From the NCBI GenBank assembly GCA_030390025.1, contig CM059431.1:120902001-120966000 (forward strand): a stretch of 64,000 bases of DNA, read 5' to 3'. The notes beneath the pieces are model-generated. The model saw nothing but the letters and a program-made list of their open reading frames with translations. It was not told the origin of the DNA and did not search any database. Of this stretch, positions 38,364 to 46,095 are shown piece after piece (position 1 is the first letter of the stretch; each line of letters opens with the position of its first letter). The DNA comes from Squalus acanthias. Lineage: Eukaryota. The position numbers and the translations under genes were made by a program.

Positions 38364-40011
38364 TGTAAGGGATTCTGACCCTGCGTGTCTCGCAGCCTGT
38401 GAGATTCACGCGGCTCTGTGCAGCCTGTATGTCAGTGCGGGTCTAGGCCTTGTTGCCTGTTCTGGTCTCCAGCCAGTCTGGGAACACTAGACACACCTGT
38501 GAGTGGTTCGAATCACTCGCCCTTACGGTTCTAGACACTGGACTTAGATGCGAGAGCAGTAATGGAGATGAAACTCATGTAGACTCGGTTGAATGGTACG
38601 AAATGGAAAATCTTTATTGCATGATACTTAAGATTATGAAATACATGTCATAAGCACAGATTAATGACAGTACAATCTTACAAGCAGTTATATAGTCGAT
38701 CTTAGGGAAACGAGGAACGAACGGCACATAGTAAATAGGGGCACACATTACAAATATCCTTAATCCTTAAACCCTCCCCTATCAATATCTATCCTAAACT
38801 AGATTCGTAGGATTTCGAGACTCATGCTCACCACTCGTGATAACTCGGAGAAATTCCGAATAGCTGATCGGATGTTTTTCACCGCAGCACCCACGTGTCG
38901 GTCAGGAGATCTCCTGGTCCCACTTGTTTACTTGCTTCTGCTGCTCCGGCTAGCAGGCTGGAACGTCTGCTGTGATGAAGACCTGTGTTGGTTGGTTTAA
39001 CAGGTACTTTTCGAGCACAGTTGTCAATATCCTCGATACGATATGTTTCCTTGCAAGTTCGAAGAAGTCTTCCTGGCAAGGAAAACTTGGCTAATTCGAC
39101 CTACAGGCGCGGTCGGGATTTACTGACCGTGGCGATGGATATGGTCTTCCTCTCTTCTCATCTCATCTCATCTCATCTCATCTCATCTCGGGCCTTTGGT
39201 TCCGCTGCCAGTTACCAACATAGGTCTTCGTTACGCGACACGAGGTAGATCCGAACGGATCAGAAAGTTCAACAGTCCTTTTCAAAGAGGCAACAGGCAA
39301 GCAGGAGCCCAACTACGAGTACACAGGAGCAGCCACGAGGTTACGAATAAGAGCACAGGAGCAGCCACGATGATAAGAAAAAGATGGACGGTTTGGAGCC
39401 TGCAATTATAGTGCAAAATCTTCCGTTTCCCGCCCAACTATAATGTCCATTCTTTTGTTTAGGGTCTGGCGCTCAAATGTCTTGTATGGGTGATCTCCGT
39501 TCTTAATGGGTTTCGGGGCTACTCGTAAATGTCTGAGTACCTGTTAATATTTCTCCCATTGTTAAATCGGTCGGTGTTCTCCCTGGAGGGGTTGTGGGGC
39601 TTCCAAGTGTTTTGTATAACTACCTGCTAACGGCTCTCTCATCGTAGAGTCGTTGGGATTTTACATATTAATGTCTTTTGGATGGGCCCTTGATTACTCG
39701 GTACAATAGCTTTCATTTGTACCTGGGAGACCGATTTCAGTATTTATGTGTATACTGCAAACCCATAATGTCTCGTGTATTATCTTCACTGTGCTGAATC
39801 TTAATCGATCTTGCACAAATGTTTATTGGAACGCCATCTTGTCTGCCTGTTGAAAAGTCTAGAATGTTCTGTCACGAGGTGCGGCGGCCATTTTACAGGC
39901 TGCTTGTGTCCACTTTAAACCTGGCAGCATTCTGCTGAAATAAAAGCTGTTTGAACGAAACTCTGTGTTTTCTCCTTATTAATAAAATCGCGATATATTG
40001 CGAATTCTACA
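38364..40011 (-). repeat. 3' LTR (1648 bp)
   Basis: Differs from the other LTR at only 2 positions I could see (38753 A / 46485 G; 39097 C / 46829 T). Preceded on minus by a purine tract. Confidence 0.97.
38613..38618 (-). terminator. Candidate polyadenylation signal AATAAA in 3' LTR
   Basis: Plus strand tttatt, about 250 nt from the LTR end. Confidence 0.5.
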
Positions 40012-40022
40012 GTCCCTCCTGT
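40012..40022 (-). promoter_or_regulatory. Polypurine tract (plus-strand primer)
   Basis: Minus strand ACAGGAGGGAC lies immediately before the TGT of the 3' LTR. Confidence 0.7.
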
Positions 40023-40464
40023 TGATGCGAATAACTCCGCTTATCGTATCAAAAATCATAGTGGTGAGCAATATTATCTCGATTTCTCTCCGAATCCAGC
40101 AAATTAATCCCATAAATTTTAACCTAGCTAGGGTCTCTGTGTCGTCCTTATTTCCCAAGAAAATTACATTTTATATCACCGTAGGCATTATTTGCCCTTA
40201 AACTTACACCACTTGTTTTCCTTCCCGGCGTAACCAGGCCGATGTCTCTCGTATCACCTGTATATTCATCTTTTATTCAGGGAAAGGAAAAACAAAACTC
40301 AAAACCAAAACAATCAATTCTAACTGTAACACCATCACCAAAATAATCAACACCAACTCTTAAAACATGTCGAGTTCCCAACGTATTTACAATCTCTGAA
40401 AAATCATGATCGAGTACAAACTTCCGCGACGCACGTGGCGAGCGGGAGTGACGCCATTTTCCGA

Positions 40465-42816
40465 TTACACGGTGCTTTCATCGTGCACGCGCACGTAACG
40501 TTCTCGCCACTCTCCCGTGTTTTCATGCTTGGTGAGGCGCTTGTCTCTTTTACAATGTACGACCAATAGGTACACTACAATAAAAACTTGGCATACGACT
40601 AAAATGTGGGAGGCTATTCTGATCCATGAAGGCACTTCAATATTAGTGAACAGATTCCACCACGGTGGAACTACTATATCCAAAATGTCTGTTCCTATTT
40701 CGACAGTTTTCTGCTCTAATGTGTAAAAATGTTTCTGTGACACCGCGACGGCTTTCAGAAGCTTGGTGAGGTGTACAGGGAGAGGGGGAATGAGGTATCC
40801 GAAATGCGCGACGAATCGCTGCAAGTCGGTGAAATTCTCTTTTACTGTGAGATGAACAGTGGATGGTTCAGGGATTGGGATAATTCGCTGTTGTGCTACT
40901 TGAACTTCCGCCCTGGGTTTGAAACAGAAACTGCTGTCACTCACCGGACACCAGCTACGGTTTCCATGCTGGTAGTGTTGTGCTGCAGTGGTAACACAAT
41001 ATGTTCCACCCCCGATGTATGCTACCTGCGGAGGCACATGATCTTGTGCCATTGCCTCCATGGTGCAATTCATGGACTTGGCGCCAGCCGTTCTGAACCC
41101 GCACTGTGGTGTTAAAAAGGCATTCAAGTGCTGGGGACACAGTATTATGTGTGCTGCCCTGCCACGACAACCAGAGAGATCTGTACCTGTCATCGTTTGC
41201 TCCCAGCGGATGACGTAAGGTGGAACCGCTGCATAACGAATGTGGGCTCCCCCCTGAATGACACCAATGTTCTCTACCCGATACACCGGGGCGGGCTTTG
41301 CTGTGTCGCCCAAAACCGGCATGCGTAATACTATTCCCATAATAGTATGGTTTGAACGTCCGCAGTCCACGGGGACTGGGTAAGCTTCTGAAGCTAGCCT
41401 GAGCTGGCACGGACTTAATGCGTTCTGAAAAGGGTGGAGCGCCCGCAGGTGTTTGTTATTTATCCAGGACGGAACCAAACCTTGTTTTAAATCCTCCAAA
41501 TTACTGCGGCCCTCGCCCAGTAACCACGCCCCGTAAAGCACGCACACCTCGTTCTGCGCAGCTTGATCGGATGCATTCCGATCTTCCCTAATCAGGGCAT
41601 TTACCGTCTTTGCATGTTTCTCCAACTCTGCTATAATTTCCTTTAAATGGAGAGTCATGGCTTGGTCCTCGTGTAAACCCGACCCTACCACTTTATTCTC
41701 ATCTGTTAGAATGTCTTTTAATTGTGTCTTTAAACCATTAATCTGGGTCTGCAGCTCCACACTGTCTAGAGCGTTGACCACAGATGTACCCGTGTTAAAA
41801 GCGGTGAACGCATCGTTCACCAAACCCCTTCTTTGCCTCCCTGCTTGATTCAAAACTTCCTGTGGTGCGGTGTACAAACTTGTTTTATCAATTTCCGCGA
41901 AATCGAATTCGTAAAATTGTCTGAACATCTTGGTCAACAGGACCTGGTACAACTGTTCCGTCTTTTTGGGGCACCACTCTGGTAACCGCACCTCGGTGAG
42001 ATTTAAAATCACCGAGGCCACCGCGTAATGTACCCCCTGAAATAGTATCTGGTCTGTGGGGACCAGTACCAAACCATTCCCGGGTCCCTTACTAGTTTTA
42101 GGGCACCCTTCTTCCTCAGCTAGAACCACCGGAATCGTGGGCGGGGCTTTGCGTGGGCGCGTAATGAGCTCAGTGGCATTTACTGGGATCGGGGAGAATG
42201 GGGCTCCGCACCCCCTGGTGCTCGCATCCCACCTCATCCCCTGTCCGTTATCCTGCCATTGATTAATGAAAAATATGGAGATGCCTTTGGGGCAAACGTA
42301 CTTTGACCCCCACATACATACATAAATTCCCTCATCCGGTTCCCACCATTTGTCCCAACAGACTTTCACTTGTCCGTTTGTCCCCGTAATTGTCCGATGG
42401 GTATTATTACCCAGTCGTTCCCACTCGACCGAAGAGTTCCTCATAGTTTTGCTCAGCTTTCGCAGCCACCACCATCGGCTCAATGGGACCTTCCCACTAC
42501 AAGTCAAACAAATCCGTTTGCCGACGGTGACGCTGATCCTGGGTGCGATGATCCTTACTTTGGGGCACAGTAAAGAAGTCTCTTTGTAGGCAAACCCCGA
42601 TGTGCTAGAATACTCCGTTGAGTTCGTTCCCAGCCATCCTGGCCACCTTCCCTTGTGGAAATAGGTGCTGGTCTCCTCTGCCTCCCGTCTTCCGGTCCCA
42701 TCCACCGCGATGGGGGCCGTGTCCCCGGAACATCCAAACACCACGACATCCTTGGTGCGGCCTCGATAGGCCAATCCACATCCGATTGCCACGAGCAATA
42801 CTAGAATTCGTTCCAT
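40465..42816 (-). CDS. env: Envelope glycoprotein (783 aa from likely start MERILVLL): signal peptide, Ig-like domain, furin site RQRR, fusion peptide and heptad repeat, Cys-rich region, TM anchor
   Basis: Hydrophobic signal MERILVLLVAIGCGLA. RQRR|GLVND at 41827-41838. About 10 N-x-S/T sequons. TM IASHILVVCQVFIVVYLLVV and a YVRV tail motif. The frame is open further upstream to 42999. Confidence 0.9.
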   Translation of the reverse strand: MERILVLLVAIGCGLAYRGRTKDVVVFGCSGDTAPIAVDGTGRREAEETSTYFHKGRWPGWLGTNSTEYSSTSGFAYKETSLLCPKVRIIAPRISVTVGKRICLTCSGKVPLSRWWWLRKLSKTMRNSSVEWERLGNNTHRTITGTNGQVKVCWDKWWEPDEGIYVCMWGSKYVCPKGISIFFINQWQDNGQGMRWDASTRGCGAPFSPIPVNATELITRPRKAPPTIPVVLAEEEGCPKTSKGPGNGLVLVPTDQILFQGVHYAVASVILNLTEVRLPEWCPKKTEQLYQVLLTKMFRQFYEFDFAEIDKTSLYTAPQEVLNQAGRQRRGLVNDAFTAFNTGTSVVNALDSVELQTQINGLKTQLKDILTDENKVVGSGLHEDQAMTLHLKEIIAELEKHAKTVNALIREDRNASDQAAQNEVCVLYGAWLLGEGRSNLEDLKQGLVPSWINNKHLRALHPFQNALSPCQLRLASEAYPVPVDCGRSNHTIMGIVLRMPVLGDTAKPAPVYRVENIGVIQGGAHIRYAAVPPYVIRWEQTMTGTDLSGCRGRAAHIILCPQHLNAFLTPQCGFRTAGAKSMNCTMEAMAQDHVPPQVAYIGGGTYCVTTAAQHYQHGNRSWCPVSDSSFCFKPRAEVQVAQQRIIPIPEPSTVHLTVKENFTDLQRFVAHFGYLIPPLPVHLTKLLKAVAVSQKHFYTLEQKTVEIGTDILDIVVPPWWNLFTNIEVPSWIRIASHILVVCQVFIVVYLLVVHCKRDKRLTKHENTGEWRERYVRVHDESTV

Positions 42817-42828
42817 CCTTCCTTGGTT

Positions 42829-42856
42829 CCTGTGATCAGATAGAATGAGGTAGCCA
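42829..42856 (-). promoter_or_regulatory. Candidate splice acceptor for env mRNA
   Basis: Minus strand ctacctcattctatctgatcacag|gaacc ends 13 nt before the env signal-peptide ATG. Confidence 0.5.
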
Positions 42857-43105
42857 GCCTCGCAAGAGTCTCTGGCTTTTGTGAAGGGTGAGCGGGTCCC
42901 CTGACCTCGCCTCACGTAAACTTCCACGTTCGCTGTATAAACTTTAACTAAACCTAAATTTACAGCTCCCATCATTTTATCGTTTTCTGTTAAAAACACT
43001 ACAAACTTAACCTTATTAAAAAACTATAAACTTAACCTTGAACTATTAACTTAAAACTTAAAAACTAATAACTTTACAGTGCCGCCCGTTCTCAGGGCGG
43101 CCCCT

Positions 43106-44266
43106 TTAAATTCTGAGAAGGCTGCTGCGAGCTCTTCCCGACGGTGGGAGGGCACTGACCCTTCCCTCTGATCTGCCGCAGCCTGTTGCTGCACTGACCC
43201 TTCCCTCTGATCTGCCGCAGCCTGTTGCTGCTGCGATGTGGCCGGCCTGTATCTGGGTTATCTTAACCTTAACTCTACGCCTTGGGGCAGTCTGGGGACA
43301 TGACCACATCCTCCTGGGCTGGGGTTCTCTACTTGACCTACGGGGAGTTGCTATGGGCGGGGGTTCCGTGACGGACGGACCGGGTTCCGAGACTTCCATC
43401 GGGATGACCTGGGGTTCCACCACAGTCGCTGGCTCCGCCTCCGCTGACTCCGCCTCCCTAACCTCGGGGCTTGCAGTTTGTGGCTCCGCCCTGCTCGGCC
43501 CAGCAGGCGGCCCTTCACTCGTGATCTCTGCCTCCCCCAAGGACGGGACGTTCAAAGCGGGCGGCCACATCTCTGGGAGCCACACCGGTACTCTCTGTGC
43601 TCCCATAGCGGCTGGCCCTGCCTCCCCTAGCTCCTCCCTCCTGTCTTCGGGACCTGCAGCTCGTGTGTCCACCCTGTGTGGATCTCTACCTGCAGCCCCC
43701 GTCCCCTCCATATCGTAAAAGGGACCGTTCCTCCGAAACCACCCGTCGTCATCACTATCCTCATCTGCACTATCCTCATCTGACCCGGGTACCCTGAATT
43801 CTTCCTCATCTAACCCCCAATTCCAGAAAAACGCTGCATGATCGTCCGGGATGTCCCTTCCCCTGATGCAAGCTGCTATGCCTGCCTGTGTGCCTTGTGG
43901 TCCTACCTGGGGCTGTGCTTTCCCACTGGCGGGATTTACCCCTGTAGTTTTCCCTTGCGCACCTGGCTGGTACAGTTTGCATTGGTTTACATCCTCATAC
44001 TCCCGGCTTTTGGCTACCCTGTAGACTGCTTTTATCTCACTAAGCTGCGCTTCTAGCCTGAGCACGTCTAACTTTCCCATTGATCGGGCGTTCTCCTCCC
44101 GCAGGGCCTGCTCTCTAAGCTGCCCTTCCAGCCCATCTATTTTCCCTATTAAGCGGGCGTTCTCCTCCCGCAAGGCCTGCTCTTTTAACCTGGCCTCCTC
44201 ACCGCAGACCCCCTCCTGTGCGTGTCTTTTAAAAGGACACAGGTAGGCAGGCTGCGTGGGCTCTAG
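43106..44266 (-). CDS. ORF X: unknown ~386-codon frame in phase with the NC ORF after its TGA (coiled coil, acidic tract, Pro/Glu-rich tail)
   Basis: The 31 sense codons between the TGA at 44267-44269 and the listed ORF start at 44173 are open and in frame. No ATG near its 5' end. No DTG/DSG, YxDD or HHCC motifs. Confidence 0.65.
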   Translation of the reverse strand, partial: LEPTQPAYLCPFKRHAQEGVCGEEARLKEQALREENARLIGKIDGLEGQLREQALREENARSMGKLDVLRLEAQLSEIKAVYRVAKSREYEDVNQCKLYQPGAQGKTTGVNPASGKAQPQVGPQGTQAGIAACIRGRDIPDDHAAFFWNWGLDEEEFRVPGSDEDSADEDSDDDGWFRRNGPFYDMEGTGAAGRDPHRVDTRAAGPEDRREELGEAGPAAMGAQRVPVWLPEMWPPALNVPSLGEAEITSEGPPAGPSRAEPQTASPEVREAESAEAEPATVVEPQVIPMEVSEPGPSVTEPPPIATPRRSSREPQPRRMWSCPQTAPRRRVKVKITQIQAGHIAAATGCGRSEGRVSAATGCGRSEGRVSALPPSGRARSSLLRI

Positions 44267-44626
44267 TCATTGGGTACTATTAGACGGTCCTGCGGCACCT
44301 ACGGGGCCGGTTGCGACCGCCACCTGTCCACGTGCACTCAAGATTAGATTGCGCATGGCTCCTAACACTACTTCGACGTCGTCGGGAGGGGTGGGTGCCT
44401 TAGCTTCCTTAGCCGGGACAGGCGCCTGGGCTCGGACCGCGGGATTTTTATCCTTGGAATCCTTCCAAGGGTTCCTGCAATGCTTGCGCCAGTGCCCTGT
44501 CTTCCCACACCCGTAACAAGCATTACCTGCCTGTGGGGCGCGATTACCCTCCTGATGCCACTCTCTTTGATACGGGGCTGCGGGTCGTACCTCATGTACT
44601 CTTCCCTTAAGGGGACGTGTTGCCAT
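44267..44626 (-). CDS. gag: Gag C-terminal nucleocapsid portion with CCHC zinc knuckle, in +1 frame relative to upstream gag
   Basis: CYGCGKTGHWRKHC (C-X2-C-X4-H-X4-C) at 44477-44518. Overlaps the end of the gag ORF by 20 nt. Confidence 0.88.
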   Translation of the reverse strand: MATRPLKGRVHEVRPAAPYQREWHQEGNRAPQAGNACYGCGKTGHWRKHCRNPWKDSKDKNPAVRAQAPVPAKEAKAPTPPDDVEVVLGAMRNLILSARGQVAVATGPVGAAGPSNSTQ

Positions 44627-46091
44627 ACCCCTTATATTGCGATATCCTAACGTGAGTCAAGACCGACTCTTCCGTAATGTTGGGGTCATTGGGAATGTTG
44701 GGGTCATTGGGATCAAACCATGCTTTTGCCTGCTCTCTGACGGCTGGTAAACTGTTGGCTATTATGCACCTAAGCCAATGAGTTAAAGCTAAGCCTTCCA
44801 CATCTTCGCGCTCGGGCGCACCTGGACAGCTGCGCTCATATACTGGCCACAGCCTGTCGGCAAAAACCTTCGGGGGTTCTCCCTCCATCTGCACTGTCTG
44901 TCCCACTCTAGCAAACGGACCTTCATCGTTCGCCCCCAACACTTCCAGGACCTCATTCTTTAATTCCTCATAACTCTTGGTTCCCCTCTTGCTCTCGCCT
45001 GAGAGACACTGAAGGACCGAGCTGTCTAATGAGAACAGCAGCATTTTTGCTGTTTCCCCATCATCGCAGCCGTTAATGGCTGCGGCTTGCTCAACTTCTC
45101 TGAAATGTACGGAAGGGTCGTCTGACTCGGTCAGCTTCCGTACGTGATTTATCATAGCTCTCAGCTGATGTGAACTGTGAGGCAGCACCAGCTGTCCGAG
45201 GAGATCCCCCGGCTCTTCCCCACCGTTTCTGCTTGGACCCCTTTTAATACCCGTTACTGGATACAACGGTCCCTTTCCTACTTCTTTTTCAATGGGCTCT
45301 TTCGTTTCTTCCATTGCTTCCTCCCTTACCCAGGTTTCCGAATAGCTGGGTGGCGCGGAGGGCGCAGTGGCTACTACTTCTTCTGCTTTACTTGGTGGGG
45401 ATTTTTTAAACTTCTCACTTGCTAGCGGCTGGTGTGCTGACGGACTGATCAGGCACACCATGCCGTTCGCTTTGTTTACGGCCTTCTTGAGGTGCTCTAT
45501 CTCCCTTTGGCAGGCGCTATGGTCGGCTCCCTCAAACTTATCCTCAAGGGCCAACTTATATGCCGCCCTAACCCCCGTTAAGCTCTCTTCTTGAGTTCTT
45601 ATCTGGGCAGCTTGGCGGTTACATCTTTCCTTTAATCTGCTCTCATTCAACTTCGCCTCAGTGACCTGGCACTCGAGATAATCTATCCTTGTTTTAAGGT
45701 GACTGGAGACTGCCTGGCTTTCTTGGTGCAACTCATTTAAATTCTTAATGAGCACCTCCCCTCCAGAAACCTTCTCATCCATTTCTCCCTCTAAATGACT
45801 GATTCGAGCTACTAGCGCTGTAATGGTCTGGTTTGAAATCTGAACCTGCCTTTTGTAACACATAAGCCAGACTGCTTTCTCAAGTGTCTTTCTATGTTCT
45901 TTACTATCTGTCCACCTTTCGGCTGCCTCTAGCGGGCTTTTATCCGCTAACAATTCACTTATCCACTTCTTAGTTAGATTAACCTTTCCGAACACATAAT
46001 CTGCTATCTTTTCCTGCATAACATTTCGTACAGTCATTCCAAAGTCTAACACACTACCCTCTCGCTGCCAGTGTCCTGCCGCGGTCGCCAT
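44607..46091 (-). CDS. gag: Gag (494 aa; N-terminal domain, long coiled coil, PSAPPSY late-domain motif, capsid-like helical region)
   Basis: First ORF after the PBS, with its ATG overlapping the PBS. Heptad-rich segment; APSAPPSY at 45342-45362; a CCHC knuckle follows in the adjacent frame. Confidence 0.85.
   Translation of the reverse strand: MATAAGHWQREGSVLDFGMTVRNVMQEKIADYVFGKVNLTKKWISELLADKSPLEAAERWTDSKEHRKTLEKAVWLMCYKRQVQISNQTITALVARISHLEGEMDEKVSGGEVLIKNLNELHQESQAVSSHLKTRIDYLECQVTEAKLNESRLKERCNRQAAQIRTQEESLTGVRAAYKLALEDKFEGADHSACQREIEHLKKAVNKANGMVCLISPSAHQPLASEKFKKSPPSKAEEVVATAPSAPPSYSETWVREEAMEETKEPIEKEVGKGPLYPVTGIKRGPSRNGGEEPGDLLGQLVLPHSSHQLRAMINHVRKLTESDDPSVHFREVEQAAAINGCDDGETAKMLLFSLDSSVLQCLSGESKRGTKSYEELKNEVLEVLGANDEGPFARVGQTVQMEGEPPKVFADRLWPVYERSCPGAPEREDVEGLALTHWLRCIIANSLPAVREQAKAWFDPNDPNIPNDPNITEESVLTHVRISQYKGYGNTSP
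46073..46090 (-). promoter_or_regulatory. Primer-binding site complementary to tRNA-Arg(TCG) 3' end
   Basis: Minus strand TGGCGACCGCGGCAGGAC lies 5 nt after the 5' LTR. It is the complement of ...GTCCTGCCGCGGTCG-CCA, which I recall as the 3' end of vertebrate tRNA-Arg-TCG. Confidence 0.88.
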
Positions 46092-46095
46092 TTTC

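Noticed and set aside
38450..39411. Short ORFs inside the LTRs as accessory genes
   Set aside because: Under 90 aa, mostly antisense or with non-ATG starts. They are duplicated only because the LTR is duplicated.
42817..42999. N-terminal 61 codons of the listed 844-aa env ORF
   Set aside because: The listed start is not an ATG, and a signal peptide and splice acceptor point to the ATG at 42816. An extended leader from the MM at codons 9-10 remains possible.
43106..44266. ORF X as a protease/RT/integrase
   Set aside because: No D(T/S)G, YxDD, RNase H or HHCC/DDE motifs are visible, and it is too short and low-complexity for pol.
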